This document shows, piece after piece, positions 10,060-21,427 of a stretch of DNA of 64,000 bases. The DNA comes from Mobula hypostoma (taxonomy: Eukaryota). The stretch's first letter is position 1; each line of letters opens with the position of its first letter. A program made the translations under genes and the position numbers. The DNA lies in the NCBI RefSeq assembly GCF_963921235.1, contig NC_086097.1, positions 68,264,001 to 68,328,000 on the forward strand. The letters are read 5' to 3'. The notes beneath the pieces are model-generated. The model was given only the letters and a program-made list of their open reading frames with translations. It had not been told where the DNA came from and searched no databases.

Positions 10060-13000
10060 AGGCAAACCACCAGACTTGTCTGGATTGTCTCGATGGAAAT
10101 CACAGATGCGGGAAGGGTCCAGGATGAAGGAGCAGGGAATCCAGGAGCATTCCTCTGGGCCGTATCGCTCTCAATTGACCAGGTACTGGAGACCCCTGCC
10201 TCGACGGCGCACATCCAGTATTCGCCGGATGGTGTACGCTGGGTGGTCGTCAATGATCTGGGTGGGTGGATGGGGTTCGGCAGGAGGGTACAAAGGGCTG
10301 ACAGATACAGGTTTCAATTCGGAGACGTGGAACGTGGGATGAATGTGCATGGATCCGGGCAGTTCGAGTCTGACTGCCGAGGGGTTGATTATACTCTCAA
10401 TTTCGAATGGTCCCAGGTAGCGAGGGGCAAGTTTCTTGGGTTCATTCTTAAGGGGGATGTCTTTTGACGAGAGCTAAACCTTCTGCCCAGGCTGATAATT
10501 GGGTGCAACAATTCAATGGCGATCGGCAATCCTCCAGTTGCAGTCGGCTGAACAGAGCAGGGCCACGCATGCGTCCTTCCAGATCTTGCGGTGATGGGCC
10601 TGAACTGAAGGCACAGCAATGTCGTCTTCATGTGCAGGAAACAGAGGGGGTTGGTAACCAAGGGAGCATTCGAAGGGCGACATTCTGGTGGCAGTGCTGA
10701 CCAGGGAGTTGTGGGCATATTCTACCCAAGCGAGATGGGTGCTCCGGGATGACGGGTTATTGGCGGTTATGCAGCGCAGTGTTGCTTCCAAATCCTGGTT
10801 TGCTCATTCTGTTTGACCGTTAGTCTGCGGATGGAAGCCAGAAGACAGGCTTACTGAGGCTCCAAACGCTCCAGACTTGAGAGATGAATTGGGGACCACG
10901 GTCAGAAATAATGTCAGAGGGAATTCCATGAAGGTGGAAGACATGATGGATAAGGAGGTCGACTGTTTCAGGGGCTGTAGGGAGTTTAGAAAGGGCTACG
11001 AAGTGCACGGCTTTGGAGAAGTGGTCCACCACCGTGAGTACAGCAATGTTCCCATGTGAAGGGGGTAGTCCAGTAATGAAATCCAGAGCAATGTGGGACC
11101 AAGGGTGGCTAAGGACAGGTAGGGGATGAAGCAAACCAGCAGGTGGTCGACGGGAGGCTTTTCCGAGGGCACATACAGAACAGGCAGAGACCGAAGGAGC
11201 GAGTGTCAGCATCCATGGTGGGCCACCAGAAATGTCGCTTCAGAAGGGACAGAGTTCGATCGATTCCGGGACAGCAGGCAAAACGAGAGGTGTGCCCCCA
11301 CTGGAGAACCTGAGACCGAACAGAGTCAGGTACGAAGAGGTGACTGGGGGGGGGGTCCATTGCCTGGGTCAGGTTGAGTCCGTTGGGCCTCTCTGACTAT
11401 GGATTCGATCTCCCAGGTGAGGGCAACCACTATACAGGATAGTGGAAGGACGGTCTCGGGGTTGGGAAGGCCCTCCTCAGAGACGTATTGACGAGAGAGA
11501 GCATCGGGCTTCCCGTTCTTGGACCCTGAACGATAAGTGAGTGTGAATCTGAAACGCCAAAATATAATGCCCAACGGGCTTGGCAGGAATTCAGGCGTTT
11601 GGTGGTTTGGATGTATGCGAGGTTCTTGTGGTCTGTCCAGACGATGAATGGATGTTCATCTCCCTCCAGCCAGTGCCTCCACTCCTCCAAAGCGAGTCTG
11701 ACAGCCAGTAACTCCTGGTTCCCAACGTCATAGTTGCGTTTGGTGGGGGATAGATGGTGAAAGAAGAAGGCGCAGGGATGGAGCTTTTGGCCTTGGACGG
11801 AGCGTTGGGGAGAGGACTGCTCCCACCCCAGAGTCGGAGGGGTTGACTTCCACAATGAATTGGCGAGAGGGGTCTGGTTGGACCAGGATGGGAGCGGAGG
11901 TGAAACGCCTCTTCAGCTCCGAGAAGGCTGAGTCCGCTTCGGGGAACCAGTGAAAAGGGGTCGCAGGAGAGGTGAGTCGAGTGAGGGGCGCTGCCATCCG
12001 GCTGTAATCCCTGATGAAGCGACGGTAGAAGTTTGCAAACCCCAGAAATCGCTGGAGTTGCTTGACTGTCGTGGGTTGAAGACTACAGGAGAAGATTAGA
12101 TGTCATCCAAATAAACAAAAATGAAACGGTTAATAAAGTCCCTAAGGACATTGTTTATCAGGGCTTGGAAGACGGTGGGGGCATTGGTGAGACCGAATTG
12201 TATGACCAGATATTCGAAATGACCAAGAAGGATGTTAAAAGCTGTTTTCCACTCATCTCCCTCCCTTATCGTGACCAGGTGGTAGGCACTCTGTAGGCCC
12301 AACTCACAGAAAATGGTGGCTCCATGAAGGGGTTCGAAAGCAGAGTTGATAAGGGGCAGTGGATACTTATTCTTTAGGGTGATGCTATTCAGGCCCCGGT
12401 AGTCAATGAAGGGGCACAGTGAGCCGTCTTTCTTCCCCACAAAGAAGAAACCTGCACCTACAGGGGAAGGTGAGGGTCGGATAATGCCAGCCGCGAGAGA
12501 GTCATTTAGGTAAGCCTCCATTGCTTCCCTTTCTGGCCGGGACAGGTTATACAGGTGGGTAGAGGAGCTCTGGGGACAAGGTCAATTGCGCAATCATAAG
12601 GGCAGTGTGGAGGCAGGGAAAGAGCCTGTTGTTTGCTAAACACTTCTCCCAGATCGCGATACTCTGCTGGAACCTTGGATAAGTCGGGGGTTTCAGAGGC
12701 AGACAAGGTCGCGGTGACTTCCACTGGGGAAAGGGCTGATTATAGACAAGTGGAGTGACAGAACGAACTCCAGCTGACTATCTTCCCGGTGGACCAGTCA
12801 ATATGGGGGTTACGGCGGCTTAACCAGGGGTAACCAAGAACTATCGGAGCTTGAGGAGAGGAAATTAAATTGAATTGTACCTGTTCCCGATGGTTCCCGG
12901 AGAGAAAGAGAGACAGAGGTGGTGTGCAATGTGTGATTCGGGCCAGTAGTCTACCGTTCAATGCCTGGGTTTCCAGGGGAGTACTCGACAGCTCACGAGG

Positions 13001-13130
13001 AATTCCGGCCAGGGAAGATATGTTTTCATCCAAAAGATTTCCTTCAGCGCCGGAGTCCCCTAGTGTTGACAGAGGCAGGGACTGTTGGTTGTAACGTAAA
13101 GTAGCTTGCAGCTGCATCCGGATTCAGGGG
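10060..13130 (-). pseudogene. pol: Gypsy pol remnant: protease, RT, RNase H, integrase, chromodomain
   Basis: LGDSGAEGNLLD (protease); IDYRGLN..KNKYPLP, FGLTNAP, YLDDI (RT); [19 protein letters not shown] (RNase H); [25 protein letters not shown] (integrase); [33 protein letters not shown] (chromodomain, 10080-10238). Many frameshifts. Confidence 0.95.
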
Positions 13131-13152
13131 ACGGAAGGGATTGTTGTCTGGC

Positions 13153-14205
13153 TCACCAGGGTCCCCTTTCTACTGGTGCCTTCCCGCTTTGCCGAAGGGA
13201 ACAGGTGGCATGGAAGTGGCCAGACTGGCTGCAATAGAGACACTCACTAGCTCTCAATCTCCGGAGTCGTTCAGCGGGGGAAAGTCGGTTCCATCCCAGC
13301 TGCATGGGTTCCTCTCCCGGGGCGGTGGAAACGGCCGGGCTGGGAACTACTCTAGGAGCAGGAGGAGGAGAGAGGCTTGTTCTGGCAGGAGGCAGAAATG
13401 AGTGCTGGGGAGTGGCCAAAGGTGGTGGACGACCAGTTCCTTTTCTATGGTATTCTCGGAGGCGATCATTCAACCTGGTGGCTAGGGAGATCAGGGAATC
13501 CAGGCTGTCAGTGTCGTCTCTTACCGCCAACTTGTCTTTCACCATGTCGCTGAGACCATTCCGAAATACCCCTTGGAGTGCCTCAGCATTCCACCCCGAG
13601 TCAGTCACTAATGTCCGGAACTCCATGGAATATTCGGCAACACTGCGTGAGCCCTGGCGGACAGAGAGTAGACACTTGGCGGCCTCTTTACCACAGACAG
13701 GGTGGTCAAAGATCTTTCTCACTTCCGTGATAAAGGTGGCGAAAGAAGAGCAGATAACTGGTTGATTATCCCAAACAGCTGTGGCCCTGCTAAGGCACTT
13801 CCCTGCAACAACCCCATGATATAAGCTATCTTTGACTTATCCGTGGAGTACGTGGACGACTGCTGTTCAAACACCAAGGAGCATTGAAGAAGGAAGGCCC
13901 AGCACCTCCCAAAATCCCCAGCGTAATGCTCCAGTTCAGGTACGTGAGGCTGTCTTGGCGGGGGAGTTGCTGACATGTAGGGGGTTGCTGCTACAGGCTG
14001 TCTGGGCTGGTTAGACAAGGTTCCAGGAGTGGATGGGGTAAAATGAGTGGATACACGGTCCACCTGGTTACCGATCTTCGTTACATCAGCAGACAAGGAA
14101 CAGAGGGTCTCCATGGCCTCCCAGAGGAGTTGGTTGTGCAGACCCAGTAGATAACCCTGGCTGGCGAGGGCTTGTTTCACTGTATTCGTGTCCGCTGGGT
14201 CCACG
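13153..14205 (-). pseudogene. gag: Gypsy gag remnant (sushi/PEG10-like capsid plus CCHC knuckle)
   Basis: PELEHYAGDFGRCWAFLLQCSLVFEQQ...SKIAYIMGLLQGSAL; RQGSRSVAEYSMEFRTL; EEPMQLG; CLYCSQSGHFHATC. Frameshift near 13780. Confidence 0.93.
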
Positions 14206-14208
14206 GTG

Positions 14209-14219
14209 GCCAGATCGTT
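14209..14219 (-). promoter_or_regulatory. Self-priming type primer binding site
   Basis: Element-sense AACGATCTGGC lies 1 nt after the 5' LTR, has no TGG start, and is complementary to LTR-internal GCCAGATTGTT (14624-14634). Confidence 0.8.
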
Positions 14220-14220
14220 C

Positions 14221-14748
14221 TGTCGCCACGAATGAGGCGGACCCAAGTGCAGGACACAGGCATGGAGATTTAGTTAGGATTCAGATGTGAACAGCAAACA
14301 GGAGGGAGAGCAGGAAGGCAGGAGACAGGCAGAATTATCTTGACACGGAGCGTAGAAAAGGAAACGGCAGACAAAACTCTTCTTAGCACGGAGAGACAGA
14401 GTTACGCAGGCAAACCTCGGTGCTGAAGTAAAACTTTAGAAGACTTAGCTTGATGCAGAGAGGTTGGGTTTCACAGCTAAACCTCGGAACTGGAGTAGAA
14501 CTTAGAAAATTAATCTTGACATGAAGAGACTGAGTTTCACAGGTAATTCTCGGTACTGAAGCAAAACTCAGAACACAAAGTCCTAAGCAGCCGGGAAACG
14601 TTAATTACCACACAGGCAAACCCAACAATCTGGCAACTAGTGGTTGTAAAGCCAGGGTTCTTATGCTGCAGGCCTTGATGGAAACCAGGTGTGTCGTCAT
14701 CAAAGAGAATTAGGAGCAAATAGGGAATTAACGGTCAGGACCGTGACA
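14221..14748 (-). repeat. 5' LTR of the Gypsy element (528 bp)
   Basis: tgtcgccacgaatgaggcggaccc...gaccgtgaca. Confidence 0.95.
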
Positions 14749-15289
14749 ATACCAGGTTCAGTCCATTTGAAAACAATGGGAAGAAACAGTTGCCAGTGGA
14801 CTTTTCATTTTGAGTTGATTTAGTAAGCTTAAATTGTTTTTAGTTGTCTTTAAGAGTAAGTGCGAAACTGGGGCTTCACTACCTGTCAATATCTTTGGCT
14901 AAGTGTAGCTGGCATATTACACTGGGAGAGGCCACGTCCTGTAATATGGGACATCGAGGACCTTCCCACAGGAAACAGCATGGCACATGAGTAAGCAGCT
15001 GAGGATCTTGGAGCACCAAATATCCGGATAATCCTGAACTGAGTTGGAATTACAATTGAAAAATGGATTTGATACTACTTTTTTATTTGTCAGTGTTAAA
15101 ACTTTACTCATCATTTCAAAGGTCAATTTGCTAAGCACTAGTATTTAACTATAAATAGTACGGCTCTAGCAACCTGGCAGTTACTCACTCACACTAGACC
15201 AGCATTGCTGGATATTACTCTTATTGATACCCCAACATACTGTTACTTCACTTTTTAATTTTATACCATCAATTTTTTAGTGAACCTGT

Positions 15290-16058
15290 GGAGCTTAAAG
15301 CAGGGTCATGCATTTTTGGGAGCCAAATAGGAGTAGGACATATTCAGTAAATGCAAGAGCATCAAAGAATGTTGATGAACTGCAAGACATTGGGGCCCAG
15401 GTCCATTGTTCCCTGAACTGGAAATATAGGTAGATAAGGTGGTGAAGAAGGTATATGGCATCACACATAAAGTGCTGGAGGAACTCAGCTAGTCAGACAT
15501 GCTTGGGTTCTTAGGCCTGACATACAAAATAAGAGTTGAGATGTCATGTTGCAATTTTACAAAACATTGGATATGCTGCACTTAAAGTATTGTGTTAAGT
15601 TCTGGAAGGATGTGATTACATTGGAGAGAGTGCAGAGGACATCTAACATCAGGATGTTAAGATAACATTAGGATGTTATGGAAACAGACTGGATAGGCTG
15701 GAGTATCATAAAAAATAGCTGGATAACAACAGGGTCAGGCAACATCTTTGGAGAGAAATGGATAGTTATAGTTTTGGGTCAAGACCTTCTATCAGTACAG
15801 GAAAGAAAGAGGGGAGATAGCCAGTATTAAGAGGTGGGGGAAGTGATGCAAGAGGTGACAGGTGGATCCAGGTGAGGGGGAGGGGCAGAGTAGAAATGAT
15901 ATATGAAACTGGGAAGTTGGCTTGTTTTCCCTGAACCAAAGGGAGATGTTGGATATACGGAGATGCATTTAAGATTATGAAAGGTATATAGATAGTCAAA
16001 ATCTTTGTTATGGTAGGGATATCAGAAGCAATAGGGCATAGTTTTAAGATAGATGGTT
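15290..16058 (+). mobile_element. Old CR1 LINE RT fragment with small Penelope-terminus insertions (about 15462-15500 and 15705-15915)
   Basis: Degenerate VMHFWEPNRSRTYSVN...QFYKTLDMLHLKYCVKFW; continues at 17093-17325. Approximate. Confidence 0.75.
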
Positions 16059-16566
16059 ATCTTAAAACTAAGCATTGCAAAACCACAGTCACAAAACTGG
16101 AAGAAGAAAAGTGCCTCATTTTTCTTTCCACAGAATAGATATCCAAGAAGCTTCATCCAAAGGTGCCTCAAGGTCAGAAACTCAAATATACAAGCTACAC
16201 AAACAAGGAATAAATGAATTATATTGCCATGCATAAAGAAGGTCTCAGAAATGACAGCGAGCTGCTTGAGCAACACAGCATCATGGTTGCTCACAAACTG
16301 ACCGCAACTTTGAGGAGGAACCTATCAAAACTCAAAGCACAACAAAATGTAATTGATAGAAGAAATGTTATCTACAAAATCCAGTGCAGCGACTGTGGCA
16401 AGCTCTACATCGGTCAAACAGGAAGAAAACTAGACAGGCTACACAAGCACCAGCTAGCGAGCAGAAGGCATGACCTACTCTCTCTAGTATCAGCTCATGA
16501 AAATGAAGGAGGACACCATTTCAATTGGACGACAGCCAGTGTCCTGCCTCAAGTAAGAGCAAGAAA

Positions 16567-16681
16567 CACACATCAAAGTTGCTGGTGAACGCAGCAGGCC
16601 AGGCAGCATCTCTAGGAATAGGTACAGTCGACGTTTTGGGCCGAGACCCTCCAGCATCTGCAGAATTCCTCCTGTTTGCGT
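16567..16681. mobile_element. Short Penelope-terminus-derived insertion with internal inversion
   Basis: Antisense copy of the terminal repeat seen at 30200-30280, then its sense 3' tail; 13-bp duplication taagagcaagaaa (16554-16566) / taagaacaagaaa (16682-16694). Confidence 0.8.
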
Positions 16682-16999
16682 TAAGAACAAGAAAAGAATT
16701 TCTCGAAGTGTGATTCTCTACAGAAGGATCCACCAACAAACACATCGACATAGATCCCCTATATGCACCCTTACGGAGAAAAGAGAAACAACAACTTCAA
16801 CAGTCAATGATTTGGGACCTGGACAGCAAGGCAAACACTTCCAATGGACCTCCCTTGAAGCCTAGCCAATCAGAATCTTTCACTGCTAAACTGTTCCCAG
16901 TGTTTTAAACCAGCCGACTAGATCACAACATCTAATCAATATTCATTCAGACCCCAGAGGACTATATAATCCGGCATTCTGAGGAGACAACACCCTCAA

Positions 17000-17051
17000 A
17001 TGCCCACTGATGATGGCTTCTCAATTGTAGCCGAAACATCTGCAAACATTT
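17000..17051 (+). ncRNA. Minimal type I hammerhead ribozyme motif in the Penelope 3' repeat
   Basis: CTGATGA (17007-17013), stem II ggct/agcc, GAAAC (17033-17037), ATC triplet (17038-17040); stem I degenerate (aaatg...cattt). Confidence 0.7.
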
Positions 17052-17092
17052 TACCAAACTCGGCAATCAACCAAACTTCCAAATACATGGTT

Positions 17093-17325
17093 AGAGCTTA
17101 AAACTGGATCTTAGAGGTATGGTTTTTTAACTCTGGAATGCTCTGCAAAAGGTGGTGGTGGTATAAGATACAATACAACATTTAAGACGCATTAAGTGAG
17201 AAACTTAAATAGGAAAAGCATAGAAGAATACAGTGTGAATGTGGGCAAATGACATTAGTACAGAGGGGAGAAAAGAGTGTCATGGACTTGGTGGATCGAA
17301 GAGCCCTTTTCAGTACCATTGCAAT
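17093..17325 (+). mobile_element. CR1 LINE 3' end (continuation of 15290-16058)
   Basis: Degenerate ...tggaatgctctgc...acatttaagacgcatt... CR1 terminus and UTR. Confidence 0.65.
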
Positions 17326-17789
17326 TGTAGCATTTTGACTATTAGAGGGAACATGAGCCCGAGTGCATTTCGGCTTGTAAATTTCATCCAATACGTTGCA
17401 ACTTGTCAAGAACTGGCTCTGGCTGCAAACCTACCTACATTTCTCATTCCCTGTTTTCCGAGCCAGCTCTGGCTGCAGGCCCGGCCTGCACTCTCGACTA
17501 GTGAGTAAGTCAAATGCCAAAAGAAAATAGAAATTTCTGAACAACTACATACCAGATGATCATATTTCACAGTCATACACCTTATTCCTCTACCTTCCAA
17601 CCTTCCGTTAGTGTTGAACTGAGAATAGCAACCCATGTATGCAAAAGTAGTCTATGGACATTTATTCTTTCATTCTTCTTTGTGCTCCCTTTGTCTGAGC
17701 AAGTATCGAGTTCCTCTTTTCCAGATCAATTAGCTCAAAAATAGGGTGATCTAAAAACATTTGAAATCGAGTTAAAATATCTCTATAAT

Positions 17790-18790
17790 CTTGTCTTGCA
17801 CAACTTCTTTAAACTTTCCCCCTCTAGCCTTAAATGTATGCCCTCTGGTATTTGTCATTTCTACCCTGGGAAGGAGACTCTGTCTATCCAATCCATAGCT
17901 CTAAGCACTTTATAAATTCACTAATTTAGAAATACAGTGTGGAATAGGTCCTTCTGGCTCTTCAAGCCATGGCGCCAGTAACCCCCAATTTAACCCGAGC
18001 CTAATCACGGAATAACTTACAATGATCAATTAATCTACTAACTGGTACATCTTTGGACTGTGGGGGAAAACCAGAGTGCCCAGAGCACCCAGAGGAAAGC
18101 CACACATTCCACAGGGAGGACTTACACACTCTTACAGAGGAGACCAGGATGGAACTCCAAACTCCGATGCCCCGAGCTATAATAGTGTTGCACTAGCTGC
18201 TGTGTTACTGCGGTGCCCATCTCTCAGATCTCCCCTCAGCCTCTAACACTCCAAGGAAAACAACTCAACTCTGTCCAATCTCTTCTTATAGTTAATACTC
18301 TCTAATCCAGGCAGTATCTTGGTGCACTTCATCCGTGTTCTCTGCAATGCCTCCACATCCTTCCTGTAATGGGGAGACCATAACCGAACACAAAGTCAGC
18401 TTCCTAGCACTGGTATGAGGTTCACCAGTCTATAATTTTCTAGTTTATTTTGATTGCCCTTCTTAACATAAAGAACAACAGTGGCTACTCTCCAATTCTT
18501 AGGGATCTTGACTGCGGATAGGGATGACACAAAGATATTTGTCAAGACCCTAACAAATTCCTTTCTTGCCTCCCCCAGTAATCTGGGACAGATTTCACCA
18601 TGCCCTGGGGACTTATCCAGTTTAACGATATTCAACAGATCCAACAATTCCTTTTCCTTGATCTCAACATACCCAAGAGTAACAACATATCCCTCCCTGA
18701 TCTCACTCTCTTCCATGTCCTTCGCCTGGGTGAATATTGATGTGAAGTTCTCATTTAGCATTTAACCCCACATCCTCTGGTTCCACTTAT
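17790..18790 (-). mobile_element. CR1 LINE fragments, internally deleted, interrupted by a SINE
   Basis: LNENFTSIFT...LDKSPGHGEICPRLL...IPKNWRVATVV...ENYRLVNL joined directly to CVRLWSPHYRKDVEAL; continues at 19087-19161 and 20718-20890. Confidence 0.85.
17923..18218 (-). mobile_element. tRNA-derived V-SINE (HE1-like) with CR1-type tail
   Basis: Reverse strand starts gggcaccgcagtaacacagcagctag; central gtggctttcctctgggtgctctg...ggttttcccccacagtccaaaga V-domain-like core; 3' end resembles a CR1 tail. Confidence 0.8.
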
Positions 18791-18794
18791 CATA

Positions 18795-19086
18795 TAAGAG
18801 GATGTGGAGGGGATGTTTTCTATAGTGGAGGGGGGAGACTAGAACCAGAGGGTACAGCTTCAGAATACAAGGACATTCCTTTAGGACAGGGATGAGAAGG
18901 AATTTCTTAAGTCAGAGGGTGGTGAATCTGTTTCATTCATTGTCACAGAGGGCAGCGGAGGCCAAGTCATTGGATATAGTTAAGCAGTAGGTTGATGGGT
19001 TCTTGATTAGTATGGGTGTTAAGGGTTACAGGGAGAAGGCAGGAGAATGGGGTTGGGGGATAATAAATCAGCATGATAGAATAATA
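18795..19086 (+). mobile_element. CR1 LINE 3' end fragment
   Basis: RTRGYSFRIQGHSFRTGMRRNFLSQRVVNL C-terminus plus partial UTR. Confidence 0.85.
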
Positions 19087-19161
19087 TAGTTATTTCACCC
19101 ACTTCCCTCCTTTAAATTTGAGTGGTCCAACTTTCTCACTAGCTACCTTCTTGTTTTTAAA

Positions 19162-20717
19162 TGTAGCCCCCCCGGCCAGCCTCGGGGTCGCTCGGCTCGC
19201 TGTCATCTGGGGAAACAGCCCTCGGCCCCGCCAAACTGGGTAATTAGTTTGTGTGGATGCTGTGTGATGTACCCCACCCCACCCAAATAACAGACAATAC
19301 ACCAGAAACGATTAAATGATTTACAGTTTATAGATATCACTGGATCTATATAATTAATAGAGAATAAAATATAAAAGGAAAATAAAAGGCGCCACACTTA
19401 TCAAAGTTCAATCTCTTCATGCACAAACAGTTGGAGCTCAGGACCCTTCTTCTTCACCCTGCGACCCCTCAGACCACTTTGACCGGCCGCCTGGGACCAA
19501 CAACGGTGGTCGACCAGACGCTCCACACGAGTCCGTCTTCGTCTCTCCTCCTTGCCGAACGCCCTGCTCGGGGTCCGACCCTGTTAGCGGACATTACAGC
19601 ACCTCGTCCATCCTCTGTCTCTCTCCCGCCTTCTGCCCCAAAACCCGTGCATACAATATCTTCAAATACACCAAAAACATAACAACTATCCCAATTGGTT
19701 TGTAACATATTCTTATCACACTCTAACCCAAAACAAGCTAGAGCGAAAGGACTTTCTCAGCATTTAACATAACAAAGAAGCATTCCCAAGTATAACATAA
19801 CAAAGAAGTCATTTTAATTAGCCTACACAGTAACATAAAAGACGAAACCCCCTTACACTTTCTCCCCACCAAACAAAGTCATGTCCTCATGACTTTTAAA
19901 TAACTCACCAACCAGTCCTGCAGACACACAACACACACATACACAGATACACACAGTGACAGTGCTCCCCAAACAGTGGACCTTACGCCTGTCCCACGGG
20001 CGCTACATAAGCCAACCTATCCGGGAGCTTCCTAATCCTCCAAGGCCTCCATACCCTCCCGTCAGCTAAACCCTAAAGGCTCAGACACTACTAGGGATAC
20101 CTCGGGCCTGCTTGCCAACTCCTCTCTCACTCAGGCCACCATTACAGCTCGGAGTCCCCTGTCCCGTGTCTGGGGCCCCGCTCCTTTTCCTTCCTGATCC
20201 TGCCATAACTCAGACTGCCCACAGCTAGCCCTCCCCACTACACCTGACTCAGTGGGAGAAGGGCCAAAGGTTTCTTCCTCAATCACGGGGAAGGTAGCGA
20301 AAGGCAGCGGGTACCACATGTCCAGCACATCATTCTTCGAATCCGTATTCTTCCTCATTCCCTCGATCGGTAGCTGCCAGTTAAGTTTCTCCAAACTGAA
20401 ACATTTTGCCGGGGCTACCATTTCAGCCTCCTGCAGTCGAGACGTCAGCTTCTTTGGGGACTCCTTCAGCTCTCGCCACAGCCTCCGCAGTTCTGACTCA
20501 GGGTTCTTGGCCATCTCAATCTGGGACGCAGTTACCCCATCAGCTTCAGCAGGGCAAATCCCCTCTCCCCCCGTGTTCTATTCAGATTGTCGACCTGGGT
20601 TTCCATCCCCAGGTCCACAACAGTCTGTTCCAACACCAGGAAGTTCCAAGTATAACATAACAAAGAAGCCATTTTAATTAGCCTACGTAGTAACATAAAA
20701 GACGAAACCCCCTTACA
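19162..20717 (-). mobile_element. Internally deleted LTR retrotransposon (probably Gypsy): full 3' LTR, about 790 bp internal, about 72 bp of 5' LTR
   Basis: LTR 19162-19857 (tgtagccc...ccccttaca); adjacent PPT ggtggggagaaag on the minus strand; 20646-20717 repeats the LTR terminus; flanks taaa/taat; interrupts a CR1. Confidence 0.85.
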
Positions 20718-20899
20718 TAATCATTGCACAAAACATCTTTGAATTTTCCTTAATCTTGCTAACCATGGACATTTCATGGCCATCCTAATACTCCACTTGA
20801 GGTCATTCAAGCTTTCTTTATGTCCTTTCAGGACTCTTTTAATTTCAGCTTCCTAAATCTTGCATATACTTCCTTTTACTTTTTGATTAAATTTGTTAA

Positions 20900-21205
20900 A
20901 ATTGAGGTTTTATAAGGCATTGCTCAGACTGCACTTGGAATACATTGAGCAGTTTTGGATCCCTTACCTAAGAGGGGATACGTTACCATTAGAGATGATC
21001 CACAGAAGGTTCATAGAATGATCCCAGGAGTGGAAGGGTTAATGTTTGAAGAGTGTTTGATGGCTCTGGGCTTGTACTCGCTGGAGTTCAGAACATTGAG
21101 GGGGGATCTCATTTAAACCTATTGAATATTGAAAGGCCTAGACAGAGTGGATGTGAAGAGGATGTTTCCTATAGTTCGGAGAATCTAGAACCAGAGGATG
21201 CAACT
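20900..21205 (+). mobile_element. CR1 LINE RT C-terminal fragment
   Basis: RFYKALLRLHLEYIEQFWIPYLRGD...LGLYSLEFRTLRGDLI. Confidence 0.85.
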
Positions 21206-21427
21206 AAAAGAGAACAGTAAGTTGATGGGGATCCCTGATGTATTCAGACAGAATGTTGCATTTGGATTTACTTTTGAAATTGTATATTCAACAGGTAGTG
21301 ATCATTGGCAAATTTAACCAGCTTCTGTATATTGGCCATGCCTAATAGAAGACCCCATGAATTTAACTTGTGATATGTGTAGATTTACAACCGTGACACA
21401 GATGCAAGGCACTTCACTCTTGAACAA

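Larger units (their letters stand above)
9446..14748 (-). mobile_element. Ty3/Gypsy chromovirus (Tf1/sushi group) LTR retrotransposon, structurally complete but decayed
   Basis: Paired TG...CA LTRs; near-perfect 5-bp TSD atatc (9441-9445) / atacc (14749-14753); G-rich PPT beside the 3' LTR (10027-10042); gag-PR-RT-RH-IN-chromodomain order. Confidence 0.97.
16059..17082 (+). mobile_element. Penelope-like element, 5'-truncated, with GIY-YIG endonuclease remnant
   Basis: RRNVIYKIQCSDCGKLYIGQTGRKLDRLHKHQLA...HHFNW...REFLE-like; 3' hammerhead motif; 10-bp TSD atagatggtt (16049-16058) / atacatggtt (17083-17092). Confidence 0.9.

Noticed and set aside
10021..13765. Plus-strand ORFs of 80-150 aa over the Gypsy element
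   Set aside because: Antisense shadows of GC-rich gag/pol, with no recognisable motifs.
13153..14246. Domesticated PEG10/RTL-like host gene
   Set aside because: The gag is frameshifted and lies between LTRs with a decayed pol, so it is an ordinary retrotransposon copy.
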